Notes under the pieces: generated by a model
The model's input: the letters and a program-made list of their open reading frames with translations, nothing else
Told to the model about the DNA's origin: nothing
Database searches by the model: none
Shown: in pieces, positions 51,020 to 63,900 of the stretch
How the letters are laid out: every line of letters starts with the position of its first letter
Numbering within the stretch: position 1 is the first letter of the stretch
Program-made: the position numbers and the translations under genes
Source: Anaeramoeba ignava BMAN
Lineage: Eukaryota > Protista > Anaeramoebae
Length of the DNA: 64,000 nt
NCBI GenBank assembly: GCA_028826165.1
Contig: JAPDFW010000136.1
Span: 372,001-436,000 of the forward strand
Reading direction: 5' to 3'

Positions 51020-54000
51020 TTATTTTTGTTGTAGCAAATTAATTGAACTGCGATAAACTTGTTCTGTTATAAATTGAGCTGTAATTCTTTTTCCTCCAAA
51101 CCATCGATTATTTAAAACGTTTATTGCTTTTTGTGCTGAATCAATTGTTTCAAATTTCAAATAAATTTTTCCATCACTATTTTCATCAATGGAAATATTT
51201 AAAACTTTTCCAAATTTGTTGCATTCGAGAGAAACATCATCTTTAATTTCATTCAATAAATTTGGTTCTGTTTTTCTATTTAAAAATAATTTAAAAGTAA
51301 TTTTAAAATTAAATTAAAAGTAAATTTAAAAGTAAATTTAAAAGTAAATTTAAAAGTAAATTTAAAAGTAAATTTAAAAGTAATTTAAAAGTAAATTTAA
51401 AAGTAAATTTAAAAGTAATTTAAAAAGTAATTTTAAAAGTAAATTTAAAAAGTAATTTTAAAAGTAAATTTAAAAGTAAATTTAAAAGTAAATTTAAAAG
51501 TAATTTAAAAAAATTAAAAAGTAATTTTAAATTAATTTAAAAAGTAAATTTAAAAGTAATTTAAAAGTAATTTAAAAAAAGTAAATTTAAAAAAATTTAA
51601 TTAAAAAAAAAATTTAAAAAAATTTAAAATTTAAAAGTAAATTTAAAATTAAATTTAAAAGTAATTTAAAAAGTAATTTAAAAAAATTAAAAAGTAATTT
51701 AAAAAAAATTAAAAAGTAATTTTTAATTTAAAAGTAAAAGTAAATTTAAAAGTAAATTTAAAAGTAATTTTAAAAGTAAATTTAAAAATAAAATTTTAAA
51801 AAGTAATTTTAATTTTAAAAATAATTTAAAAATAATTTTAAAAAAATTTAAAATTAAATTTAAAAAGTAATTTAAAAAGTAATTTTAATTTAAAAAGTAA
51901 ATTTAAAAAAAATAATTTAAAAGTAATTTAAAAAGTAATTTAAAATTTAAAATTAATTTAAAAAGTAAATTTAAAAGTAATTTAAAAGTAAATTTAAAAG
52001 TAATTTAAAAGTAAATTTAAAAAGTAATTTAAAAGTAATTTAAAAGTAAATTTAAAAGTAAATTTAAAAGTAAATTTAAAAGTAATTTAAAAAGTAAATT
52101 TAAAAGTAATTTAAAAGTAATTTAAAAGTAATTTAAAAGTAATTTAAAAAAAAAAGTAATTTAAAAGTAATTTAAAAGTAATTTTAAAAAAATTAAAAGT
52201 AATTTAAAAGTAATTTAAAAGTAAATTGTTTTGTTTTTGTTTTTTTTGTTTTGTTTTTGAAATTAGTAAATAGTTTAAATTTAATATTTTATAACTTTTT
52301 TAAATTCTTACTTTTGTTCTCTATCAAACATATTATTAAGAAAAACAAATCTAGTTGGTTCAGTTATTTGATTTTTTTCTGAATTTTTTTCATTTTGAGC
52401 AGAATTAGATTTAGAAATAGGAGAATAAAGTTCTTGAATAAGTTGTTGTCTAGCTTGACGACTCATTTTGATTCCAGAATTGCCATCACCATCAATTTCA
52501 CCAGTATTTGCTGAATTCTCATCAGAAACAATTTGAATTTTTAACGGCTGCCCCAAAAAAATTGTATTGTTTAAATGATGTAATGCATTTGCAGTTTGTT
52601 GTGGATTTTCAAATTGTATATAAACAGTTCCTTTTGAAACCCCTAATGGATCAGGTGTTACTTCGAAATTTGTAATTGTTCCATATCCTGCAAAAAGTTT
52701 CTTTAAATCCATATCACTTGCCATTTTCGGAACGTTTCCTATTTCGAGTTTCTTATTTATAAAATTATTTATAAAAATTATTAAATTATTTATAAAATTA
52801 TTTATAAAATTAATTATAAAATTATTTATAAAATTAATTATAAAATTATTTATAAAATTAATTATAAAATTATTTATAAAATTAATTATTAAATTATTAA
52901 TAAAATTATTTATAAAATTATTTATAAAATTATTTATAAAATTAATTATAAAATTATTTATAAAATTATATATAAAATTATATATAAAATTATTAATAAA
53001 ATTATTTATAAAATTATATATTAAATTATTTATTAAATTATTTATTAAATTATTTATAAAATTATTTATTAAATTATTTATAAAATTATTTATTAAATTA
53101 TTTATAAAATTAATTATAAAAATTATTAATAAAATTATATTAAATATAAAATTATTTATAAAATTAAATATAAAAATTAATTATAAAATTAATTATAAAA
53201 ATTATTTATAAAATTATTAATAAAATTACTTATAAAATTAAATATAAAATTATTTATTAAATTATTAATAAAATTAATTATAAAAATTAAATATAAAATT
53301 AATTATAAAATTATTTATTAAATTATTTATAAAATTATTTATAAAAAATTATTTATATTAAAATTATTTATAAAATTAAATATAAAATTAATTATAAAAT
53401 TAATTATAAAATTAAATATAAAATTATTTATAAAATTATTTATAAAATTATTTATTAAATTAAATATAAAATTATTTATTAAATTAAATATAAAATTATT
53501 AATAAAATTATTTATAAAATTATTTATTAAAATTAAATATAAAATTAAATATAAAATTAATTATAAAATTATTTATTAAATTATTTTTACATTTGAAGAA
53601 ATTGATCGATTTTGAGCAAAATTAGGTAAATTAAGAGTAGGATTTTGAATAGATTGTTGCAAAAGAAGTTGCTGTTGTAATTTTGGATTTTGTTGTAGTT
53701 GCTGTAATTGTTGGAATTGAATCTGCTGTTGAGATTGAAGAAGAAATTGATTTTGCAAAAAAGGATTTTGAGAAATTAATTGATTTTGAGCTTGAGGAAT
53801 TGAGGAAACAGATTTGCGATTGTGGGAAGGACCATTAAGACCTGTTGCTTGTATTTTGATATCAAAACCCTCAAAATCAGTGCCGCTGAGAGCGAGGGCT
53901 TTTTCAGTAGTTTTAACATTGTAGAATTCAGCATATCCATAACCTTTTGATTTAAAAGTGAATTTATCTTTAATTAAACGAACGTCACGAACTTTTCGAA

Positions 54001-55135
54001 TTTTTTGTCGGAAAAATTCAATAATTTCTTCTTCGGTTAGCTTAGAAGGGAGGTTGCAGAAAAACACTGTTCTTTCTGCAACGCTTGTTTTATCAAGTTT
54101 AGCTTCCCATTTGGGAGCTTTTGGATCCAAATTTCGGATCTTAAATGGTTTTTCCTCTTTTTCTTCATTTGAGTCTAAAGATTGAAGACTTGAATCAGCA
54201 GCAAATCCCTGAGAAGAAGACTCAGCATGAGATCTAGATCTTCCATCAGAGTGTCTTGAGCGATGTGAGTCTTCTTGGGGATAAAATACATCGCCTTGAT
54301 ATCGCCGACCTCGTCGATCGTGCCGACTTCGTGACCGTTTTTCTTCATATCGAGAACTGTAATCCTCGTCTTCCGTCACTCGATACTCCTCGTGACGATG
54401 CTTAGATCTTCTTGTGTGATGCGGACTATGTGCTTCCCTGTTGTGATGATGATAATCTTTTTCTTCTGTTTTTTCGTGTCTGTGATGGTGTCTGTGTTTG
54501 TGCTTGTGTGGTTTGTGTTTGTGATCATGTTTGGTGTGCTCTGTTCGCGCTTTGTGTTTCTCAAGGTTTTTCTCTTCCCGCTTTTCTTCCTGTTTATCTG
54601 TTTTTGTGTCTTCGGTTTCTTTTTTTTCTGATTGTGTTTTTGGGTCTTTTTTGTTTTCTTGCTTTTTTTGATCGTCAATTTTCATGTTTTTTTCTTGCTT
54701 TTTTGGTGTTTCGTTTTTTGGTTCTTGGCTGGATTGAGATGTTATATTTGTTTTAGTGTGGTGTCTTGATGGGTTTGCATTTTGTTTATGAGATTCTTTG
54801 TGATCGTGATGTGATGTTTTATTTTTATTAGAAATTTTTCTATTTGTATTTTTATTATTTTCTTTTTCTTTTTCTTTTTCTTTTTCTTTTTTTGCTTTTT
54901 CTTTTTCTTTTTCTTTTCTTTTCTTTTCTTTTCTTTTCTTTTTGATTTTCTTTTTGGTTTTTCTCTTTTGATTTTCTTTTTGATTTTCTTTTTGATTTTC
55001 TTTTTGATTTTCTTTTTGATTTTCTTTTTGATTTTCGTTAAATTTGTTTTCTTCTTCATTTAATTTTGGTGTTAATTTTTCATTATTTTTTGTTGAATTT
55101 TGTGTGTTTTGTTTTTCTTTGTTTTCCTTTTCCAT
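51020..55135 (-). CDS. RBM39: Splicing factor RBM39/CAPER-like (charged/RS-like N-terminus, RRM1, RRM2, UHM), 3 exons
   Basis: RRM1 RTVFFCNL..VRDVRLIKDK...SKGYGYAEF; RRM2 SKGTVYIQF; GIKMSRQARQQL linker; UHM FVFLNNMFD...IKDDVSLECNKFG...NRWFGGKRI. Introns 52752..53590 and 51276..52311. Confidence 0.88.
51285..52225. repeat. Intronic 11-12-bp satellite (aaaagtaaattt)
   Basis: Tandem units in an RBM39 intron. Confidence 0.88.
52755..53580. repeat. Intronic 12-bp satellite (aaaattatttat)
   Basis: Tandem units in an RBM39 intron. Confidence 0.88.
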
Positions 55136-55263
55136 CAAGAATTAAAAATAGAAAAATGAAGAAAGAAAAAAGAAAAATAAAAAAATGAATTTCAAAAAAA
55201 GAAAAAAAAATTTTTATTTTAATTAAAAAAAATAAAAAAAAAACAAAAAAAACAAAAAAAAAA

Positions 55264-55339
55264 CGGATCCTTCAGGAATCGAACCTGAAACCTCCCAAAT
55301 TTTGCTAAATTAGGTGTTGTACCATTCAACTAAAGATCC
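55264..55339 (-). tRNA. tRNA-like gene copy 1, 11-nt anticodon loop (UUUAGCAAAAU), isotype undetermined
   Basis: Reverse complement folds as GGATCTT-TA-GTTG-AATGGTA-CAAC-A-CCTAA-[TTTAGCAAAAT]-TTGGG-AGGTT-TCAGG-TTCGATT-CCTGA-AGGATCC-G. A and B boxes are intact and a poly-T terminator follows. Confidence 0.8.
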
Positions 55340-55419
55340 TTTTTATTTTTGTTCTATTTTTTTTTTTTTAAGAATTAATTATTTTTATATTTAATATTTT
55401 CAAATTTTTATTCTTTTTT

Positions 55420-56830
55420 TTTATTAATAAATTTATTCCATTTTTATTAATAAATTTATTCTATTTTTATTAATAAATTTATTCTATTTTTTATTAATAA
55501 ATTTATTCTATTTTTTATTAATAAATTTATTCCATATTTTATTAATAAATTTATTCCACTTTTAATTAAATAATTTATTCCACTTTTTTATTAATAAATT
55601 TATTCCATTTTTTAATTAATAAATTTATTCTATTTTTATTAATAAATTTATTCTATTTTTATTAATAAATTTATTCCATTTTTATTAATAAATTTATTCC
55701 ATTTTTATTAATAAATTTATTCCATTTTTATTAATAAATTTATTCTGTTTTTATTAATAAATTTATTCTGTTTTTATTAATAAATTTATTCCATTTTTAT
55801 TAATAAATTTATTCCACTTTTTATTTAATAAATTTATTCCATTTTTTATTAATAAATTTATTCCATTTTTATTAATAAATTTATTCCATTTTTATTAATA
55901 AATTTATTCCATTTTTATTAATAAATTTATTCTATTTTTATTAATAAATTTATTCCATTTTTATTAATAAATTAAATTATATTTAATTAATAAATTTATT
56001 CCATTTTTATTAATAAATTTATTCCATATTTTTATTTATTAATTTATTCCATTTTTTATTAATAAATTAAATTATTTTTATATTTTAATAAATAAATTTA
56101 TTCTATTTTTATTAATAAATTTATTCCACTTTTTATTAATAAAAACAAAAAATTATTATATTTTATTAATAAATTTATTCATTCAACTAAAGATTTTTAT
56201 TAATAAATTTATTCCATTTTTATTAATAAATTTATTCCATTTTTATTAATTTAATAAATTTATTCTATTTTTATTAATAAATTTATTCCATTTTTTTAAT
56301 AAATTTAATAAATTTATAAATTATTTTTTATTAATAAATTTATTTCATTTTTATTAATAAATTTATTCCATTTTTATTAATAAATTTATTCCATTTTTAA
56401 TTAATAAATTTATTCTATTTTTATTAATAAATTTAAATATATTTAATTAATAAATTTATTCCATTTTTTTAATTAATAAATTTATTTTATATATTTTATT
56501 AATAAATTTATTCTATTTTTATTTAATAAATTTATTCCATTTTTTATTAATAAATTTATTCTATTTTTTATTAATAAATTTATTCCATTTTTTATTAATA
56601 AATTTATTCCATTTTTAATTAATAAATTTATTTATATATTTTAATTAATAAATTTATTCTATTTTTTATTAATAAATTTATTCTCATTTTTATTAATAAA
56701 TTTATTCCATTTTTTATTTAATAAATTTATTCCATTTTTTATTAATAAATTTATTCTATTTTTTATTAATAAATTTATTCTATTTTTAATTAATAAATTT
56801 ATTCCACTTTTTATTAATAAATTTATTCAA
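55420..56830. repeat. ~22-23-bp satellite (ttattaataaatttattccattt) between the tRNA-like copies
   Basis: About 60 tandem units. Confidence 0.9.
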
Positions 56831-56867
56831 CTTTTAAGAAACAAAAAAAAACAAAAAAAATAAGTAA

Positions 56868-56944
56868 TGGATCCTTCAGGAATCGAACCTGAAACCTCCT
56901 AAGTGACATGTGAATTAGGTGTTGTACCATTCAACTAAAGATCC
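56868..56944 (-). tRNA. tRNA-like gene copy 2, 12-nt anticodon loop (UUCACAUGUCAC); Val(CAC) if a 5-nt intron is removed at 37/38
   Basis: Same body as copy 1, with a perfect CCTAA/TTAGG anticodon stem, discriminator A and poly-T downstream. Confidence 0.8.
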
Positions 56945-57221
56945 TTTTTACTTTTGTTCTATTTTAATTTTTTTTTTTAAAAAATCCTTTTATAAAGATT
57001 ATTTCAAAATTTTATTCCACTTTTTATTTAATTAAAAATTTAAATATTAATAAGAATAAATTTAATTAATAAATCTTATTCCACTTTTTATTTAAATTTA
57101 ATTCAAAAAAAAAAAGAATTTTAGTTAAAAATTAAATTTATTCCACTTTTTGAAATTAACAAAAAAATTTGGAAAAAAAACCAAAATAGAGGAATAAATA
57201 AAAATAAAAATAATAAAAAAA

Positions 57222-57254
57222 TGGATCTTTCAGGAATCGAACCTGAAACCTCCC
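57222..57254 (-). pseudogene. 3' half of the same tRNA-like gene (variable loop, T arm, acceptor 3' strand)
   Basis: Reverse complement is GGGAGGTTTCAGGTTCGATTCCTGAAAGATCCA. No intact 5' half follows. Confidence 0.75.
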
Positions 57255-57289
57255 TTCTTTTGTTTTTTATTTTGTTTCCAAAATTTTTA

Positions 57290-57975
57290 GGTTTTGTTTG
57301 TATTTAATTTTGTTTAAATTTTGTATGTTTTGTTTATATTTTGTTTATATTTTGTTTATTTTCTTTAAAGTTTCTATTTTTTTATTTTTTTATGTTCTAT
57401 TTTTCTTTTTATTTTTGTTTTATATTTTTGTTTAATTTAATTATTTTTATAACCTAATTTTGTTTATATTTTTATTTTGTTTAAATTTTTTTTTTTAAAT
57501 TTTGTTTATTTTTGTTTATAATTTTGTTTATATTTTGTTTATATTTTGTTTATATTTTGTTTCCATTTAGTTTATGTTCTTATTTTGTTTATATTTTGTT
57601 TATATTTAATTTTTTATATTTTGTTTTTATTTAATTTTTTTTTATTTTGTTTTAAATTTTGTTTTATATTTTGTTTATATTTTGTTTTATATTTTGTTTC
57701 TATTTTGTTTCCATTTAGTTTATGTTCTTCTTTTGTTTTATATTTTGTTTACTTAAATTTTGTTTATATTTAGTTTTGTTTATATTTTGTTTATATTTTT
57801 GTTTTATATTTTGTTTTTTCTTTTGTTTATATTTTGTTTATATTTTGTTTCCATTTAGTTCATGTTCTTCTTTTGTTTATATTTAATTTATATTCTTCTT
57901 TTGTTTATATTTTGTTTATATTTAATTTATGTTCTTTTGTTTATATTTTGTTTATATTTTGTTTATATTTTGTTT
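57290..57975. repeat. Low-complexity 12-bp satellite (ttttgtttatat) with a recurring ccatttagtt(t/c)atgttctt unit
   Basis: Tandem units between the tRNA fragment and the stop codon of the second BEACH gene. Confidence 0.8.
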
Positions 57976-57980
57976 CTCTT

Positions 57981-60900
57981 TCATTTTAATATATAAAGAA
58001 GTAAGCCAACACTAACTGACCCTTTCCCATGAAAAACCAAAAGATACTTTTCACCTTCAGTCATCATTAAATAGCTTATTTCACCTTCTAATTGAAATCG
58101 AGCAATAGATTTAAGAGAATATAAATACCTAAAATTTAAAACACCATGATCATCACCCAAAATCAAAGTTTCTCCATTTTCAGAAACTTGAAAACATTTC
58201 AAAACATTATCAGTTGCTAAACTTCCAATCAATGCGCCATTAATAGAATAAATCCACAACATTTTTTTTTGTTCCGAATATAAAACTAAATTCCCATCAT
58301 TTGTGATTTTCAGGAGATTGATTGGATTTCTTTCTGATTTTTGGGGAATAATTGTTCGGATATAAGAACCTTTTTGGAGAGAATATAAAATACAGGTTCC
58401 GTCTTTAGAACCTGAACAAACAATACCGAGATCAATATTAAAATCCACACAAACAACTTCATCATCATGTCCACAAAGAACATGAATCGGATTTTCCTCA
58501 ATTACTCCTTCCATCGTATTGAATCTCCATACAATCACTGTTGTATCTCTTGATCCTGTTATAACAACATTTGATTTCGATTGAATGCATGTCACAACAT
58601 CTTTGTGATGGGTTATGTTTTGGATTTGTTTGAATAGTCCAAGGTTCATCACCTTAAAACTCTCATCACAATATCCACTTGTGAATAGCGTGATTTGATT
58701 TATGCATAAACAGTTGGTTAGATTCGTGATATCTGGATCAAATGATATCCCGATTGATGATTTTTGATATACTGTCTGATCGAAGTGAACTTGTAAAGGT
58801 TTCGCTGATCCTTGTTGTTTTTTCTTTTGTTTTCTATCTTTTTTTTTGGTTGTTTTGTGTTCATTTTGATTTTGATTTTGATTTTGATTTTGATTTTCAT
58901 TTTGATTTTGATTATGATTTTGATTTTGATTTTCATTATGATTTTGATTTTGATTTTGATTTTGATTTTGATTATCAATTTGATTTTGATTTTCATATTG
59001 ATTTTGATTTTGATTTTGATTTTCAATTTCAATTTCATTTTGATTTTCAATTTCATTTTCAATTTCATTTTCATTTAATTTTTCATTTTCATTTAATTTT
59101 TCATTTTGATTTTCATTTAATTTTTCATTTTGATTTAATTGCTGCTGTTTTAGTTTTTTAATTTCTTGTTGCTGGATTCTTCTTCTAGTTTCTTCAAAAT
59201 ATTGAGTAAACCAAGAATGGGAAGTGACATGCTGATCCATCTCATAAACAACGATCTTATCAGCAACTCCAACAAAAGCATCTATATCTTTTGACAAAAA
59301 CAAACCAACACATAAAATGGGTGATTTTGCAATTTCGAAAGTGAATCGTTTGAAAATTTTTGTGTCAGACATTCTCCAATAAATAAAGGTGTCTCCATAA
59401 TTATGAAAAACCTCTTGCCGTGTTAATCGCTGCGGATGAGGTTGCTTGAATAGTTGCAATGGTGTTTGTCCAAAATTCTCAATTTGTATTTGGATTGATT
59501 TCAATTCTTTTGGATCATTTATTTTGGATAAATTGACGTTATGTTCATAACTCAAATAATAAAACACATTATATGCCTTTTCGGCCTTTTTTCCTGTTTG
59601 CTTTTCCCCAAATATTAAGTCGATCCATTTGTGAATATTGTTTGAAACATAGTCTGACTCTAGTGCTTGTTGATTGATCTTGATAAATTGTTCAGCTGAA
59701 TTGTTAGCCCATAAAGGAAGCTTACAATTATCAATACGTTCTGAATTCTGTTTAATTCCAAAATCAAATTTATTGTTGTTTTTCAGAAATTCGGGTTGAT
59801 AAAAAAACTCTGGAATCAATTCCTTTACATCAGTTGAATTCGTTTTGCAATTTTCCCATGTTTTTTCAATAGAATCAAACAATCGATCAGGACTATCAAA
59901 TTTTCCTCCTTGAATGGAGATGGATATCGAAGTGAATGGTTCAATTCTTAATAAATAATAAGCAGCAACACCTTTTAAATCCAAAAAGAAGAAAAGAAAA
60001 TTATTTACAATTTTTCATCAAATGGAAAAATTTATTTTTGATTATTTTGATTATTATTTGATATTTTGATTATTTAATTATTTGATATTTTGATTATTAT
60101 TTTGATTATTTATTTTATTATTTGATATTTTTTTATTATTTAATTATTTACCTGGACTCGAATAGTGTGTTCCATAATGAAAAGGTGGAAAATCAGATGA
60201 AAACCGTTTTAATTCGTGATAACGATGTACTAAGTCATTGATTTTATCAGGATTTAAAGCACCAATTGGCTTAGAAAGATCACGATAATTTTCAGGATTA
60301 TTTAAATCAATTGTACTTTTTGAATATTGTGATAAAATCCAAGGAAAAACTGGATATTGTGATAAATCATTATAGGATCTGCCTGCAATCGTGTTCAATT
60401 TCATCAAATAATCAAAATTGCTCATTTCATGTCTTTGCCATTGCTCTGTATATTTTGATCTTTCAATCCATTCTATTGGATCACTTGTATCAAATTCAAT
60501 CCTCAAATTTTTGGGATTTAAATCAATTATTGATTCCATAACTTTTTCACGATCTCCAGTTTGAAAATTCAGGAAAAAATTTTTGTGATTCACTAAAAAG
60601 AATTCTAATGCTGTTTTTTCATATAGATATCTTCTTTTATATATTGTTTGAATATCTTTCAATAACCATATCTTTTCCTTTTCATTATTTTCTGAAATGA
60701 ATCGAATACTTTCATTATTTAATATGAGCATTCCAAATATTTTCTTATAAAAATGAATAAATTTGCATTTTGTCTTATAAATAATACCATTCGATAAAAC
60801 CCATCTATTAACTAAATCATTTTGAGGGTTGTTTTTTTCTTTGATTTTTTCTTTGATTTTTTCTTTGATTTTTTCTTTGATTGTTTCTTTGATTGTTTCT

Positions 60901-63900
60901 TTGATTGTTTCTTTAATTTTTCTTTGATTTTTTCAGTCCCAATAATTTGTGGTTTTTCCACACCAATTTTTTTATTATTATCAATATAGTTATTAATAAT
61001 ATTCATATTTTGATTATTTTCATTTTCAATTTGATTTTCATTTTCATTTAAATTTTCATTTAAATTTTCATTTAAATTTTCATTTTGATTTTCATTATTT
61101 TCATTTTGATTTTCATTATTTTCATTATTTTCATTATTTTCATTATTTTCATTATTTTCATTTTGGTTTTCATTATTTTCATTATTTTCATTATTTTCAT
61201 TATTTTCATTATTTTCAATTTGATTTTGATTTTGATTTTGATTTGTATTTGATTCAATTTTTAATTTTTCTTCTTTCTTTCTTATATTTTGATGAGAATT
61301 GAAATCATAATTTCTTTTCAATCTTCTTCTTCTCCTTGCCCTATCTTCAGTTCTATCAATCATCCAATAAACTAATTCATTCTTTTGTATGCCTTTTCCC
61401 CATGTACCTCTTTCTGATGTGACAGATAGAAAACTATATTTCCATTTCTTTTTCATAGAATTTATACTATTTCTCTGTAAACTTTCATTTATTCGATATT
61501 CTGCTTCAATTTTCATTTTCCGATATTTTTTTTTGAAAGGAATATTTCCAGTAAAATCTTGAATTAAATTTTGGGGATTAATGTTAATTTCTTGAGATTG
61601 TTTGCAAAATTTTGCTTTTCTTTTTTCAAATTTCTGTCTAAATTTAACCAATTTTGGTTTCAGTTGATTTTCCATTGAAAATTTCCATTGATCATTTTCA
61701 AAAAAATTTTTCGAAAATGTTGATTGGGTATCCAAATTCAAAAGAAAGTAATTCCCATTTTCATCCTGAATTGTATTTGATAAAATATCATATCCTTGAA
61801 CCAAAGACCATAAATCTTTTATTAAGAGATCCTTTTTGGTAATCTCATTTCCATTTCCATTTTCTTTTAGTGGATAATTTATAACATTCAATAAACTACA
61901 TAAAACAACATATAAAATATCAATCGCATGCTTTTGATTTTCATTTGAAAACAATCCAAACGAAATTATGCGAAGAATTTGGGTCAATTGAGTGCATTCA
62001 TTTAAAGAAGAAATTTCAATCCCAATTAATAACAATTCCAAAAAAATTTCAAATGATTTTTTTCTTCTTCTTTTAGAAGTTTCAAATTCTTTTTCTGAAA
62101 GTTGTTCTTTCATGTTCTTTGTCTGAAAATTTAGGCCATTTTCAATAAATCCAAAAAAATCAAGAAAATCAATCAATTGTCTAACAAGTCCATAATCTTC
62201 CCAAACATGATTTTCCATTTGAAACCTTATAATTGAATAAGTGGAATATTCATCTGTTTTCGTTCCATTTTTTTCAACATGGAAATTCTCATCTGAATTA
62301 GTTTCATCTTGTGGAATTTCATTATTATTAGAATTAAAATGATTTTCTACAAATTCCAAAAAAAAAGAAAAAAAAAAGGATCAATTAAATCAAGTCAAAA
62401 TATATAAATAATATTTATAAATTTCATTCCCAACCTTTTGTTGATAATAAGCACATTTGAGGAAAGAAAATAAAATTCCCGATAATCAATAAAAACTCCT
62501 CAATATTGATCATTAAGGATGTAAAATTTGGCTGTTGAAGAAGCTTTTGGAAATTGCTTGTGTATTTGATTCGATTGAAATCAAGCTCTGAAGTAAATTT
62601 GCTCGACATTTTGTGAATAAAAGTGGATAAAGAAAACAATATTTTTTCGAATATGTATCTTGTGATTAGAGTATCATCAATGATTTTGTCTTTTGCTTTT
62701 AAACTCTCAATAATTTTCATAGTTTTTGGAATTTCTAAATGTGCATTTTTGTTCTGAAGAAAAAAATCAACAATCAAAAAGGAAAGTAAGTCGCAAAGAT
62801 GGTGATTAATTTTGGAGGCAATCGGATCGTTTTGTTTTGTATTTTTCTTCTCATTTCTTGCGACAATTTCGTTGTGAAGATCAGTGAAATGGAAGCTTTT
62901 GAACATCCATTCCTGCCAATTTGGACATGAAAGTAAGTTTTTCCGATTTGATTCGATTTTCTTGAGACTATTCGAAATCTCGACAATAACTTTAATACTT
63001 TCTTCGCACTTGTTCTTGCCAATAAGACTGAAGAATGTGCGAAGAATATGAATTTTTTCTGATTGAATTAAATTTTTCACTTCTTTTTGGGGTGTTATTT
63101 GGAGAAATAATAAATTGAATAAAATTTCTGAATATTGTTTTGTTAACGGGATTTGCACTAAAATTTGGTGCAAATCTTGATATTCTTTTTCACGGATAAT
63201 CCACCAAAAATCAGGTGTTAAATTCCATCCCGAAGTCGTTATGACTTGAAGTGCTCCATGGAAATCCATTCTTTGTCTCACTTCAGCAAGTGCTGTGATT
63301 TCTCTTTTGAATATTTCTAATATAATTGTAAGGCATGTTTCGCGTATTTGTTGGTTGTTTATTTTCAATATTTCGATAAAAGGTTCCAAAATGTTGAAGA
63401 ATTTTGATTCCTCAGTGATAATTGCTGCAATATCATTTTTCGAAATGACAAAATGGATCATTTGCAGTATCATCAAAATAAAATCATCATCTTCAGAACG
63501 AAAGCAGTTTGATAGAAGAAAATCGAATATTTTGGAATCAAAACTTTCGAGTAGCTTTTTTTGAATTAATTGGATATATAATCCTCTTATCTCCATAATT
63601 TGGTCTATTTCTGGTTTTTTCCCAATGATAGTGTCTTGTCCTAGCTTTCTTTTCACATTTGGAATTGCTTGAGCAAATTTATGCGGCTTGATCCATAAAT
63701 AGAAATGTATAATATCAAATAGATCTTGGATATCTGAATAAGTTTCCGTTTTTTTCTTTGTTTTTGAGTCGGGTGAGTTTTCTAATATCAATTCCAAATA
63801 AAATTCAATCAATTCCAGAAGACTTTTTTGAACTGGAATATCGCAATAAATCCACAATCGATAATCCAAAATCAAATATTGGTACAAGTTCCTTCTGAGA

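Noticed and set aside
55420-56830. CRISPR-like array
   Set aside because: The units are directly adjacent with no unique spacers, and there are no cas genes; it is a simple satellite.
55295-56920. Stop-codon suppressor reading of the tRNA-like loops (UUA in copy 1 and UCA in copy 2 in a one-base shifted register), implying a variant genetic code
   Set aside because: It requires losing position 26 and breaking the 5-bp stem. Genes in the window end normally at TAA/TGA, and conserved domains contain no in-frame stops.
60812-60930. Premature stop in BEACH gene 2 (pseudogene or recoding)
   Set aside because: Adding one A to the run near 60918 gives KEKIKETIKETIKEK...NRWVLSNG in frame with the PH domain; this is a typical long-read indel.
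865-61257. Many short ORFs reading ILILIL, FDFDFD, KIKIKI or YYYCYY
   Set aside because: They are alternative-frame or antisense translations of hexamer repeats in introns or QN tracts, with no independent coding signal.
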